Shown in pieces: positions 44,802 to 54,922 of a DNA stretch of 64,000 nt (position 1 is the first letter of the stretch; each line of letters opens with the position of its first letter). A program made the position numbers and the translations under genes. Origin of the DNA: Acutalibacteraceae bacterium (GTDB lineage Bacteria > Bacillota > Clostridia > Oscillospirales > Acutalibacteraceae); contig JAZQDU010000008.1 of NCBI GenBank assembly GCA_045546915.1, positions 34,291-98,290 of the forward strand, read 5' to 3'. A model generated the notes under the pieces. That model made no database searches. It saw only the letters and a program-made list of their open reading frames with translations, and had not been told where the DNA came from.

Positions 44802-45689
44802 ATGGAAAAAGTTTTGCTTATCGTTAATCCCGTTGCAGGCAAGATGAAGGCTAAAACGACCTTGCTTGATGTTGTAACCGCTTTGCAAAAAAGCGGTGAA
44901 TCGGTAACGGTTTTTATAACACAAAGTCGTGGTGACGCCGTAAAAGAAGCAGCATTAGCCGAAAAAAATGGCTTCAAAAAGGTTGTTTGCTTTGGCGGTG
45001 ATGGTACTTTAAACGAGACCATAAACGGACTTATGCAGTCGCAAAGTAAACTGCCGCTCGGCTATATTCCTGCAGGAAGTACTAATGATTTTGCCACGAG
45101 TATGAAGTTGCCGTCGGTACCTAAAAAAAGTGCAGAACTTATTGCAAACGGCACAGTAAAGCCTATTGATATAGGTATTTTTGACGAGCAACGCTACTTT
45201 ACATATGTAGCGGCGTTTGGCGTTTTTACCGCTGCTTCATATAGTGTTACGCAGGACATGAAAAACATTTTTGGCCATTTGGCATATATTCTCGGTGGCG
45301 TTAAAGAAATCGGAAATATTAAAAGTCATCATGTAAAAATCACTATGGGCGATAAGGTGATAGAAGACGACTATATGTTTGGTGCGGTTGCAAATTCAAC
45401 ATCGGTTGCGGGAATAGTGAAACTTGATGAGAGTCTTGTTGATATGAGTGACGGCCAGTTTGAAGTGGGACTTATTAAAAAACCGAAAACAATAGCCGAA
45501 TTAAACAGAATAATTACAGCACTTACAACCTCAAAGTTTGAAAATGGGGGCATTGAGTTCTATAAGGCGTCTGAAGTGACGGTCGAATCGCAAGGTAAAC
45601 TTGACTGGACTTTAGATGGCGAGCATGGTGAGAGCGTAGACAAGGTTATTATTAAAAATTTACATAAGGCTGTGAACTTTATAAAATAA
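44802..45689 (+). CDS. Diacylglycerol/lipid kinase family protein (YegS/DagK-like)
   Basis: ..LLIVNPVAGK.. and ..CFGGDGTLNE.. catalytic-domain motifs. Confidence 0.85.
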   Translation: MEKVLLIVNPVAGKMKAKTTLLDVVTALQKSGESVTVFITQSRGDAVKEAALAEKNGFKKVVCFGGDGTLNETINGLMQSQSKLPLGYIPAGSTNDFATSMKLPSVPKKSAELIANGTVKPIDIGIFDEQRYFTYVAAFGVFTAASYSVTQDMKNIFGHLAYILGGVKEIGNIKSHHVKITMGDKVIEDDYMFGAVANSTSVAGIVKLDESLVDMSDGQFEVGLIKKPKTIAELNRIITALTTSKFENGGIEFYKASEVTVESQGKLDWTLDGEHGESVDKVIIKNLHKAVNFIK

Positions 45690-45714
45690 GTCAGTTTTAT
45701 GTGGAGGAACAGTT

Positions 45715-46692
45715 GTGAAAAAAAGCGTAAAAACAGCTTTGATTTTAGGCGGGGTAACCATTCTTGCGGCGGGTGTTTCAACCTATGTTGCAAGTAAGAT
45801 TTTAGTGTCGGTTGCTACAAAGAGGCAAATTGTCAACTTCCCCAATAAAATGCAGGATAGGTTAACCGGAGGGCTTATTAGCGACCCTAATGCCCAAAAA
45901 GTGCTAAACGCAAGCAAAAATGCCGACCTGCTCCCTACAACGAAGGTTGACATTGAAGGTTTTGACGGTACACCGCTTACCGGTCGCATATATCACGCCG
46001 AAAATACAAAAAGAATTATTGTTGCCATGCACGGATGGCGTTCGAGTTGGCAGATAGATTATGGACTTACTTCTAATTTTTATCACACTAACGATTGTAC
46101 CGTAATTTATCCTGACCAAAGAGGTCAGAATGGTAGCGGTGGTGACCGTATCGGTTTTGGTGTTTTAGAAAGGCACGATTGTCTTGCTTGGATTAATTTT
46201 GCCGTCGAGCAGTTTGGTGAGCAAATACCGATTTATCTGTGCGGTGTTTCCATGGGCGCTACAACCGTTCTTATGACTTCGGGTTTTACTTTGCCTGAAA
46301 ACGTGAGAGGTATTATAGCCGATTGCGGGTTTACGTCTCCTCATGATATTTGGGAACACGTGCTTGATAAGAATTTGCATATAAATTCTAAAATAACCTA
46401 TCCAATAGCCAATGCCATATGTAAACGCGAGGCTAAATTTGACGGGGAAGAGTATTCCACCATTGAGGCGTTGGCGAATAACGACCGGCCGGTACTTTTC
46501 ATTCACGGCTCGGCTGACGGATTTGTACCGCCTGAGATGACCTTTCGCAATTATATGGCATGTAAAGCACCAAAGGAATTGCTTATTGTTCCTGAGGCGG
46601 GTCACGGCATGAGTTATGTGACCGAACCTGAAACTTATGAAAAAACGGTAATTAAGTTCTTTAAAAAGTGTGAAACCGAAGGATTTGATTAA
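45715..46692 (+). CDS. Membrane-anchored alpha/beta hydrolase
   Basis: GTG start after GGAGG. N-terminal TM helix, HGW oxyanion region, nucleophile elbow GVSMGA, and C-terminal ..GSADGFV.. and ..GHG... Confidence 0.75.
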   Translation: MKKSVKTALILGGVTILAAGVSTYVASKILVSVATKRQIVNFPNKMQDRLTGGLISDPNAQKVLNASKNADLLPTTKVDIEGFDGTPLTGRIYHAENTKRIIVAMHGWRSSWQIDYGLTSNFYHTNDCTVIYPDQRGQNGSGGDRIGFGVLERHDCLAWINFAVEQFGEQIPIYLCGVSMGATTVLMTSGFTLPENVRGIIADCGFTSPHDIWEHVLDKNLHINSKITYPIANAICKREAKFDGEEYSTIEALANNDRPVLFIHGSADGFVPPEMTFRNYMACKAPKELLIVPEAGHGMSYVTEPETYEKTVIKFFKKCETEGFD

Positions 46693-46711
46693 AAATCTAT
46701 ATTTGTTAAAG

Positions 46712-46748
46712 CAAAAAAGTTCCCGTCTAATATGACGGGAACTTTTTA
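46712..46748. terminator. Bidirectional intrinsic terminator
   Basis: AAGTTCCCGTC / GACGGGAACTT stem with flanking A- and T-runs. Confidence 0.8.
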
Positions 46749-48776
46749 GTTATATCCGTATGTTTTTACTTGCTTAAAAAGTTTGGTAATTTCGGATTTT
46801 AAGCAGGCATTTTGAGGATTAGAGAGAGTAGGGTCGCTGTTATAAAGTTGCTTTGCGGCAAGACCTGCAGCACGAAACAGTTCCATATCCTCTGATAAAT
46901 CGGCAATTTTGAGCTCAGGAAGCCCATGTTGACGTTTTCCAATAAAATCTCCAGGACCTCTTACTTTTAAATCTTCGTCGGCAATTTTAAAACCGTCAGT
47001 GGTGCTACACATAAATTTTAATCGTTTGCCTGTTTCACCGCCTGTGTACGATGAAAGAAAAATGCAGGTTGACTGATGTTTGCCTCGCCCGATTCGTCCT
47101 CTTAATTGGTGTAATTGCGAAAGACCGAAACGCTCAGCGTTTTCTATAAGCATAATGACGGCATTGGGCACATCAACGCCAACCTCCACGACAGTGGTTG
47201 CAATAAGCAGTTGAATTTCGCCTAAGGCAAAGGCGGTCATAACGGCTGTTTTTTCTTTGGGCTTCATTTTTCCGTGTAAAAGACCAACTTTGTATGAAGC
47301 AAAATCACCCGTTTTTAATTTTTCGTAGTACTCAATTGCTGAGGCAAGGTCAATATTTTCGTTTTCTTCGACCATTGGGCAGATAATATATCCTTGGCGA
47401 CCACGGTTTAAATGTTCCTTAATGTAGTTATATGCTCGGTTGCGTTTGCCGGGGTCTACTAAAAATGTTTCAATCGGTTTTCTGCCTGAGGGAAGGGTGT
47501 CAATAATGCTGATGTCAAGGTCACCGTAGAAAATGAGTGACATGGTGCGGGGAATAGGTGTCGCTGACATAACAAGCATATGAGGGTGGTTGCCTTTAGA
47601 GGAAAGAGTTGTTCGTTGTTCAACTCCAAATCGGTGTTGTTCGTCGGTCACCACAAGACCTAAATTAAAAAATTCAACATCATCTTCCAAAACTGCATGA
47701 GTACCAATCAGTACGTCAATTTCACCGTTTTTCAGAGCCTCTTTAATTTTAAGTTTTTTGGATTTGTTAATAGAACCGGTAAGAACGGCTATATTAATGC
47801 CTTGAGGCTCAAAAACTCGGCTTAAATTATTAAAATGTTGGTTTGCCAAAACCTCAGTCGGTGCCATAATAACCGATTGGTAGCCTTCCTTTGCGGCAGT
47901 AAAACTCAAAGCCGCAGCCACCATGGTTTTGCCCGAACCAACGTCGCCTTGAATAAGTCGGCTCATGGGACGTCCTGAACGCATGTCCTTAACGCAGTCA
48001 TTAATGGCATTTTTTTGTGCATCGGTTAGCGAAAAGGGAAGTAAATCTGCAAACTCTCGGCAGGCAGTGCCGTTTATAATAACATCGGTATGTTTTTTAC
48101 GTCCTTGTTTTTGATATAGTATACCTATTTGAAGGAAAAACAGTTCTTCAAAAACCAACCGCTTGCGAGCAACCTCAATATCACGCATATTTTTTGGAAA
48201 ATGTATGTTTTTTAATGCGGTTTCAAGGTCACACAAGTCAAATTGTTGCCTTATCTCGCTCGGCAAAGGGTCATTGGGCGTAAACTGCTCTAATGCATTG
48301 CCAACTGCTTTTAAAATGACCGATGAAGTAAGACCGGCTGTGGCAGGGTAGATAGGCATTATGTTATTTTCGGTTTCAGCGTAAATATCTGGTGCTGACA
48401 TTTCACATTTGTAAAAGTTGCGCTCTAATTTGCCGTAAAAAAGATATGTTTCGCCTATTTTAATTTTTGATGCCAAGTATTTTTGGTTAAAAAGTGTTAC
48501 CGTGCAGGTCTCTACTTTGTCAGAGATTACAAAACGGTAAAGCATCATGCCTTTGCGTATGTAAACCTCTTCAACCTCACTTTGCACGGTTGCTTTTATG
48601 CAACACGGTCGGTCAAAATAGGCCTCGTGCAACATCAAAGGCTTCGAACGGTCACGGTAATCTCTTGGGTATAAACGTAAAAGAGTGCCGACGTCAGTAA
48701 CGCCGAGTTGCTTAAACAACTCGGCGCGCTTTTCGCCGACACCTTTTAAAAATCTAATGTTATCTTCCGATTTCAT
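46746..48776 (-). CDS. recG: ATP-dependent DNA helicase RecG
   Basis: ..FLKGVGEKRAELF.. wedge N-terminus. Helicase motifs GDVGSGKT and DEQHRFG, plus the TRG motif region ..LHQLRGRIGRG... Confidence 0.9.
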   Translation of the reverse strand: MKSEDNIRFLKGVGEKRAELFKQLGVTDVGTLLRLYPRDYRDRSKPLMLHEAYFDRPCCIKATVQSEVEEVYIRKGMMLYRFVISDKVETCTVTLFNQKYLASKIKIGETYLFYGKLERNFYKCEMSAPDIYAETENNIMPIYPATAGLTSSVILKAVGNALEQFTPNDPLPSEIRQQFDLCDLETALKNIHFPKNMRDIEVARKRLVFEELFFLQIGILYQKQGRKKHTDVIINGTACREFADLLPFSLTDAQKNAINDCVKDMRSGRPMSRLIQGDVGSGKTMVAAALSFTAAKEGYQSVIMAPTEVLANQHFNNLSRVFEPQGINIAVLTGSINKSKKLKIKEALKNGEIDVLIGTHAVLEDDVEFFNLGLVVTDEQHRFGVEQRTTLSSKGNHPHMLVMSATPIPRTMSLIFYGDLDISIIDTLPSGRKPIETFLVDPGKRNRAYNYIKEHLNRGRQGYIICPMVEENENIDLASAIEYYEKLKTGDFASYKVGLLHGKMKPKEKTAVMTAFALGEIQLLIATTVVEVGVDVPNAVIMLIENAERFGLSQLHQLRGRIGRGKHQSTCIFLSSYTGGETGKRLKFMCSTTDGFKIADEDLKVRGPGDFIGKRQHGLPELKIADLSEDMELFRAAGLAAKQLYNSDPTLSNPQNACLKSEITKLFKQVKTYGYN

Positions 48777-48777
48777 A

Positions 48778-50448
48778 TCACTCAACCGAAATAATAAAGT
48801 AGTATACGGGCTGACCGCCGTTAATTAAAGTAACTTCAACATCTGAGCCTAATTTTGCAGATACTGCAGAAGAAATCTTTTGTGCTTCGTTTTCGGTGAC
48901 ATCCTCGCCGAACATAAGGGTTACAAACGAGGTGTCGCGGTTGCTCAAGTTTTTAATAAGTTTCATAACGCACTTTTCAAGGTCGGTTTCGGTAAACGCA
49001 ACCTTGCCGTTAGCAAGTGCTAAAAGGTCGCCTTTGTTAATCTTTTTGCCGTCGTAATCCGAATCGCGTGCGGCAAAGGTAACCTGACCGGTCTGTACGT
49101 TTTCATAACCTTTTTGCATAGCAATTGTATTGGTATCATCGTCAGAATCAGGGTCGAAATTAAGCATTGCAGAAACGCCCTGAGGAATAGTACGTGTAGG
49201 CAAAACTATTACTTTGCGGGTGCTTAACGGAATTGCCTGTTCGGCGGCCATGATAATGTTTTTGTTATTGGGAAGAACAAAAACGGTTGATGCGGGGGTC
49301 TGCTCAATAGCGTTAAGAATATCGTCAGTACTGGGGTTCATTGTCTGACCGCCACTAACAATTTTGTCAACACCTAAATCGTTAAAAAGTTCGTGGATAC
49401 CGTCACCTGCGGCAACCGCAACAAAACCGACTTCTTTTTCAATTTCTACAGGTTCAGCACTTGTCTTTTCGCTTGCGGGAGCAGCACTTTTAGGAGCGTC
49501 ACCCTTTGAGTCGTGTTTGGCTCTTTCGTGTTGGTCACGCATATTTTCAACCTTCATATTGACAAGTTGACCAAATGTAAGACCTTTTTCAAAAGCGTTA
49601 CCGGGATGGTCGGTATGAACGTGAACCTTTATAATTTCTTCATCGTCTACTACAACAACACAGTCGCCAATGGTTTCAAGATAGGCACGAAGTGTTTTAG
49701 GGTCTTTATTTAAATCGTCACGTTTAACGATGAATTCGGTACAGTAGGTGAAAGTAATATCAGCCTCTGATTCAGCAGCGGCATTGCGCTGAGTGGCGGC
49801 AGGAGAACTTGTGGCAGAAGTATCGTTTGCCTCAATAATCACACCGTCTTTAAATACCGAAAGCATACCTTCCAATATAACAACGAAGCCTTTACCGCCT
49901 GCGTCAACAACACCGGCTTTTTTTAGAACAGGTAATATTTCGGGGGTTTCGGCAAGTGCCTTATTTGCACCTTCGAGCAAAGCCTCAAATACTTCAAGAA
50001 CGTCTTTACCGGCTTTGGTTGCTTTTTCGGCATATTCACTGGCTACTCTTGCAACGGTAAGAATGGTACCTTCCGTGGGTTTCATAACGGCATTGTATGC
50101 TGCTTCGACACCAAGTTTCATAGCGTCGCGAAGGGCCACCGAATCCATAACCTCTTTGCCTTTAAGACCTTTTGAAAATCCTCTGAAAAGCAGGGAAAGG
50201 ATAACACCCGAGTTACCTCTTGCACCTCTTAAAAGTGCAGAAGCATTAACATCGGCAACCTTGCTTGCTGTTTCGTCCTTGAGCAGAGCAAGTTCGCGTG
50301 CAGCGTTGCTGATGGTCATCGACATATTGGTGCCGGTATCACCATCGGGTACCGGGAAAACATTAAGTTCGTCTACTGCTTGTTTGCAGTTAATAATGTT
50401 GTTTGCGCCCGAAATCAATGCGTCGCGCAAAATATTTCCGTTAATCAA
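48778..50448 (-). CDS. DAK2 domain-containing fusion protein (YloV family)
   Basis: ..LNVFPVPDGDTGTNM.. DAK2 motif plus a DegV-like C-terminal half. Conserved Asp23-YloV-RecG synteny. The TTG start at 50448 follows AGGAG and is uncertain. Confidence 0.8.
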   Translation of the reverse strand: MINGNILRDALISGANNIINCKQAVDELNVFPVPDGDTGTNMSMTISNAARELALLKDETASKVADVNASALLRGARGNSGVILSLLFRGFSKGLKGKEVMDSVALRDAMKLGVEAAYNAVMKPTEGTILTVARVASEYAEKATKAGKDVLEVFEALLEGANKALAETPEILPVLKKAGVVDAGGKGFVVILEGMLSVFKDGVIIEANDTSATSSPAATQRNAAAESEADITFTYCTEFIVKRDDLNKDPKTLRAYLETIGDCVVVVDDEEIIKVHVHTDHPGNAFEKGLTFGQLVNMKVENMRDQHERAKHDSKGDAPKSAAPASEKTSAEPVEIEKEVGFVAVAAGDGIHELFNDLGVDKIVSGGQTMNPSTDDILNAIEQTPASTVFVLPNNKNIIMAAEQAIPLSTRKVIVLPTRTIPQGVSAMLNFDPDSDDDTNTIAMQKGYENVQTGQVTFAARDSDYDGKKINKGDLLALANGKVAFTETDLEKCVMKLIKNLSNRDTSFVTLMFGEDVTENEAQKISSAVSAKLGSDVEVTLINGGQPVYYFIISVE

Positions 50449-50506
50449 AACTAACACTCCTAACTGCAACGGCCAAAACCGTTGCTGACAAAAAGCTTAT
50501 TTCTTG

Positions 50507-50854
50507 TTATTCTTTAATTCCGTCAACACGAACGGTAACGTTGTTAACGGTAATACCCGTTGCTTCTTTAACAACGTATTTTACTTTGTGGGTAATGCTT
50601 TTAGCAATAGCGTTTATGTTCATACCGTAAGCAACAATAATATGAAGGTCAACATTAATCATATCAAAATCGCCCGAAATACGAATACCTTTATCGGTAT
50701 AATCTTTTTTAGAAAACAAATTTTTAAACTTCTGTTTTCCGTGAGGAGCCATACCGGCAACTCCGAAACAGGATGAAGCGGCATTACCGATAAGTTTTGC
50801 AAAATATTCGTTTGATACGGTAACTGTTCCTATTTTTGTTTCGTAAGCTATCAT
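50507..50854 (-). CDS. Asp23/Gls24 family envelope-stress protein
   Basis: 115 aa; ..GTVTVSNEYFAKLIG.. and ..VDLHIIVAYG.NI... GGAGG RBS. Confidence 0.85.
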   Translation of the reverse strand: MIAYETKIGTVTVSNEYFAKLIGNAASSCFGVAGMAPHGKQKFKNLFSKKDYTDKGIRISGDFDMINVDLHIIVAYGMNINAIAKSITHKVKYVVKEATGITVNNVTVRVDGIKE

Positions 50855-50886
50855 TTATTGTACCTCCGTTTTTAGTATAGTCAAAA

Positions 50887-52488
50887 CTACTTTGTGTTTG
50901 ATATTCCGAAGTATGCGTCGGATGCCGACGATACATTTTCGATTGTAAGTGAAGTATCGCAAACCGTAACACCTAATGTGTAGCAAATAGGAATAAGCGG
51001 CATCTCGGCGTTAAAAGCGTTGATAATATCGGTCAGCGAATATTCGCCATTATAAAAGCCTTTAACCGCTTTAGCGGTATTTAAGTGGTTTAGTGTTTCT
51101 TGGTTTGTTTCGTCTTGCTGGGTTTCGTCTTGCTGGGTTTCGTCTTCCGTTGTATTAGACTCCGGTTCTAATAACCCGTAAGCCAAACTGCCACCTGGGG
51201 TTACGAGTTCGGTTATGTCCATATTAGCGGGAACTCTTGCCTCAGCAATATAAAGGTCAAACCAACCGTTTCTAAGTGAAGAGGTATATTCCTTCCATTC
51301 CATAGGTTTTTCTACAATTGAAATTCCAATAGTTTTAAACTGGTTTGCCAACTGCTTTGCTAATTCAGCACGGCGCGAATTACCGTTATAGTAGACTAAA
51401 CCAAATTCCAACCTTTTTCCTTTAGAATTGACAAAGTATCCCTCTTCATCTTTATTATTATAACCGATACTCTTTAAATAAGCAACCATTATTTCTGTGT
51501 CGCTCGATGAAGATATATTTTGAACACCCTTTGCGTCCTCAAAAACGGGGTTAAAAATACCGGTGGCAGGTGTAGCATAGGTGAAGTATGAGTTTTGGCA
51601 AAGGTTTGCACGGTCAACACAGGCAGAAAGAGCATACCTGAACTGTTCATTTTTAAAGAGAGCTTTGTTGTGGTTGAGTCCCAAAAAAATTAATCTGTTT
51701 AAAGAAATTGTACTTAAGTTGCCCGACATAGGAGGAATAACTCCGTCAGAGAGGTCGGTGCTGTATATGCTTACATTGCCCGACTCAAGGTTGTATTTTG
51801 CAACATCGTTATCGGGAGCGTTTACAAGGTTAATTTCAGCAATGTTAGGTGTTCCCAAAATGTGCGACTGATTGCGGTAAAGTTTTAAATTTGCAAAATC
51901 GGGCACATATCGTCCCGAACCGATAGGCGGCAGAGCAATTTTGTTTTCGTCGGTCAGTTTGTCAGAACCTTTTTTTATAATTGGAAAATCAAGTAGGTTT
52001 TCAAAATAAGGGTCCGCCTTTTTCAAGGTGATGCTAATTGTATCCGAAGACTCTACCGTAATCAACGCGATACTGTTTAGTGCAGATGCATAATAAGTGT
52101 CTGATTCTTTAGCAAGTAAATATGAGTATTCCACATCGTCAGCGGTAACGCGGGAGCCGTCTGAAAACAGAGCATTTTTAAGCGTTACGGTGCACACCTT
52201 TTCGTTTCGTTCAATGCTTTTCGCCAAAACATATTCAGGTTTATATTGGTTGTTAATTCTTACCAGAGGGTCAAAAATAAGTGACGACAACTGACGGTTG
52301 ACCATGGTTTTGGCAAGGTAAGGATTTATGGAATCTCCGTTGCAGTAAAGCAGTCCAAACTGTTTTTGAGTGCGGTTATCAGAGGTTGACGGCTGAGGCT
52401 CTTCATTTTGCGAGGGGTTGTTTTTAGCCGAGCATGAGCAGAGTAAAACAAGACACATAATAAGAAATAAACTGATTACTTTTTTCAT
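50887..52488 (-). CDS. ABC transporter family-5 (peptide/nickel type) substrate-binding lipoprotein
   Basis: Lipobox LLCSC. SBP_bac_5-like length and strings. Contains an (ETQQD)n insert. Confidence 0.7.
   Translation of the reverse strand: MKKVISLFLIMCLVLLCSCSAKNNPSQNEEPQPSTSDNRTQKQFGLLYCNGDSINPYLAKTMVNRQLSSLIFDPLVRINNQYKPEYVLAKSIERNEKVCTVTLKNALFSDGSRVTADDVEYSYLLAKESDTYYASALNSIALITVESSDTISITLKKADPYFENLLDFPIIKKGSDKLTDENKIALPPIGSGRYVPDFANLKLYRNQSHILGTPNIAEINLVNAPDNDVAKYNLESGNVSIYSTDLSDGVIPPMSGNLSTISLNRLIFLGLNHNKALFKNEQFRYALSACVDRANLCQNSYFTYATPATGIFNPVFEDAKGVQNISSSSDTEIMVAYLKSIGYNNKDEEGYFVNSKGKRLEFGLVYYNGNSRRAELAKQLANQFKTIGISIVEKPMEWKEYTSSLRNGWFDLYIAEARVPANMDITELVTPGGSLAYGLLEPESNTTEDETQQDETQQDETNQETLNHLNTAKAVKGFYNGEYSLTDIINAFNAEMPLIPICYTLGVTVCDTSLTIENVSSASDAYFGISNTK
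51107..51149. repeat. 15-bp tandem repeat (~2.9 copies) within the SBP gene
   Basis: GTTTCGTCTTGCTGG x2, then GTTTCGTCTTCCG. It encodes ETQQDETQQDET on the minus strand. Confidence 0.9.
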
Positions 52489-52506
52489 GTTTTCTGCTCC
52501 TTTTCT

Positions 52507-53280
52507 TTATATTTTTATTCTTTTGATATCGGTTGTTTTGCCGGTTTTACGGTCTATTTCAAAAATGCAACCATTAAGCTGGCATTCTCCGTCGGCAAGC
52601 AGGAATTTTACAGGGGTACCGTCTTTAATTCGGGCGAGTGACAATTCATTTTTTACACCCAAAACCGAGTCGGTAGGGCCGGTCATACCAATATCTGTAA
52701 TAAAACCGCAACCGTTTTTTAAAATCTGTTCGTCGGCGGTCAGTACGTGGGTGTGTGTTCCAAAAACGGCTGATACTCGGCCGTCGAGATAATAGGCAAG
52801 TGCCCTTTTTTCCGAGGTTGCTTCGGCATGAAAATCGACTAAAATTATATTTGTTCCGTCTATTTTTGCCGTTTCTATAAGTTGGTCTGCCGTTAAAAAC
52901 GGGTCGTTAGCCTCAGGCAGATAAACCCTGCCTATAAGGTTTATTACAGCAACACGTGTATGGCCTAAATCAAGAACAGTATAACCTTTGCCGGGACCTG
53001 TAGTAATCATGTTGTGAGGTCTTAATAAATAAGGGTCACTGTCAAGACTTTCGAAAATCTCGCGTCTTGTTAAAGAGTGGTTACCGCCGGTTATAATGTC
53101 AGCACCCGCAATATATAAAGATTCGGCAGAAACAGGGGTAATTCCGTTGCCGTCGGCGGAATTTTCGCCGTTTACAATGCAACAGTCAATTTTTTCGTCA
53201 ACTTTAATTTTTGGCAGTACGCGTTTTAAATAATCGCAACCTATACTGCCGCAAACATCACCAACGCAAAGTATACGCAT
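52507..53280 (-). CDS. ymdB: YmdB-family metallophosphoesterase (TIGR00282; 2',3'-cyclic-nucleotide phosphodiesterase-like)
   Basis: MRILCVGDVCG.., ..VNGEN.. and ..DFHAEATSEK.. motifs. Confidence 0.85.
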   Translation of the reverse strand: MRILCVGDVCGSIGCDYLKRVLPKIKVDEKIDCCIVNGENSADGNGITPVSAESLYIAGADIITGGNHSLTRREIFESLDSDPYLLRPHNMITTGPGKGYTVLDLGHTRVAVINLIGRVYLPEANDPFLTADQLIETAKIDGTNIILVDFHAEATSEKRALAYYLDGRVSAVFGTHTHVLTADEQILKNGCGFITDIGMTGPTDSVLGVKNELSLARIKDGTPVKFLLADGECQLNGCIFEIDRKTGKTTDIKRIKI

Positions 53281-53330
53281 TTTCGGCCTCCTCTTTTTTA
53301 GTATATATTTTTAATATTATATCATAATGC

Positions 53331-54215
53331 CTATCTTTTTTCAATCGTTTTTGCTCTTTGCAGAGCAATCAATCCGGCAATAACAAGCATAATGCCCGCA
53401 AACCCGCTGATACCTGGCATTTCGGAAAACGCAATCATTCCGACAACTGTGGTCATACAAGGCTCGATTATCGACAAAACCGATGCTTTTCCCGCCTCGG
53501 TTTTTGAAAGACCGTATGTATAAAGAATATAAGGTAATATTGTGCACAAAATTGAAACGGCAACGCAGTTGATACTGCCTCTTACTGTAGTTATAAGTGG
53601 GATTAATGTTTCAAGGTGACAAATAGGCAGAGAACCGATTAATGCAAATAAAAACGTGTAAAAAGTAATGGTCAAAGCATTGTATTTTTTAGCGGCATAT
53701 TTGCCGAAAATACTGTAGAGTGCATATCCGAATCCTGACAGCAGGCCGTAAATAAAACCCAGTTTAGTGCATCGCAAAGAGCCTGATAAACACATAAAAA
53801 TACAACCGATAAAACATATTAAAAGGCAAATGCATTTAAGAGAGGTAATTTTTTCTTTAAAGAGGGGAGCGGACAGCATGGTTACCCAAAAAGGTGAGGT
53901 ATACATTAAAATGCAGGCAACCGATAAAGAGTTTTCAATGGTCGAGGATATGTAGCAGATGTTAAAAAATAAAAAACTGCATATACCTGTGCCGAAGAAC
54001 ATCCACAAGTCACGCAAATGTATTTTAAAAAGAGAACGGTCTTTTAAAAGTATAATAATCCCCAACACAACAACAGTGATAAAGGCACGAACAGCCACGA
54101 TTTGAACTGATTTAAACCCTAAATCGCTTAAATTTCTTGTAAATATACCAATGGTACCCCAAAGTAAAGCCGAAATAATAATTGATATTTCACCAAGACG
54201 CAATTTTGCTTTCAT
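53331..54215 (-). CDS. EamA/DMT family transporter
   Basis: GGAGGTGG precedes the ATG at 54215. 10 TM helices forming two EamA-like halves. Confidence 0.8.
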   Translation of the reverse strand: MKAKLRLGEISIIISALLWGTIGIFTRNLSDLGFKSVQIVAVRAFITVVVLGIIILLKDRSLFKIHLRDLWMFFGTGICSFLFFNICYISSTIENSLSVACILMYTSPFWVTMLSAPLFKEKITSLKCICLLICFIGCIFMCLSGSLRCTKLGFIYGLLSGFGYALYSIFGKYAAKKYNALTITFYTFLFALIGSLPICHLETLIPLITTVRGSINCVAVSILCTILPYILYTYGLSKTEAGKASVLSIIEPCMTTVVGMIAFSEMPGISGFAGIMLVIAGLIALQRAKTIEKR

Positions 54216-54350
54216 TAATCCGCCACCTCCAAAAACAATACGAGCATTATACAATATCGAAACGCAGTTTTCAACAAATAATGATTACTTGTTGAAAAAT
54301 TTGTCAGTAATTTCAAAGTTCAAATGCAAAATACAAAGACCTTTGTAAAA

Positions 54351-54382
54351 CAAAAACCCCGTTCCAAGAACGGGGTTTTTGT
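54351..54382 (-). terminator. Intrinsic terminator
   Basis: AAAAACCCCGTTC CAA GAACGGGGTTTTT. Confidence 0.85.
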
Positions 54383-54386
54383 TGAA

Positions 54387-54905
54387 TTAGATTTTGTTAT
54401 ACAGTTCATTTATTTCTCGATTTCGTCTTTTTTGTCCAAAGTATTGTGACAAGCAACTTATTGGCAAATATAAGATAAATTGTATTGCTACAAGGCACAG
54501 ATGTATTTTGCCTTGAGGTATTTTTGGAGATGGTATATGCGGTGCAAAAATTGCTTGTGCAATATCTTGTGCTGAAGAAGCAAAGTGTGGACCATAAAAA
54601 TTGATGCTATAGCAAATGATGTGTTGTAATAAAAAAAGAATAATTAGAGTGAAGAAAGATAGAACGATATTATGCTTTTTTTCCTTATAGCCTGTTTTGA
54701 AAAACAAAATAGCTAAACCAACCGACATTCCAATAGTTTCAAGACCAGACCTAACTATTTTTTCTGAAAAAACTGATAATTCAAAAATAATTTCGATTGG
54801 ATATAACAAAAGGATTTCAACCAACAAACCTATCCAAAGCGAACAAAAATAGTTAACGAAAACAGAAAACGCATTGTTGAGAAAAAGTTTTTTACTTGTG
54901 TCCAA
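54387..54905 (-). CDS. Hypothetical integral membrane protein
   Basis: TTG start. ~5 TM segments. AT-rich coding sequence. No family recognised. Confidence 0.5.
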   Translation of the reverse strand: MDTSKKLFLNNAFSVFVNYFCSLWIGLLVEILLLYPIEIIFELSVFSEKIVRSGLETIGMSVGLAILFFKTGYKEKKHNIVLSFFTLIILFLLQHIICYSINFYGPHFASSAQDIAQAIFAPHIPSPKIPQGKIHLCLVAIQFILYLPISCLSQYFGQKRRNREINELYNKI

Positions 54906-54922
54906 TATTTTCGCCCCGCATT

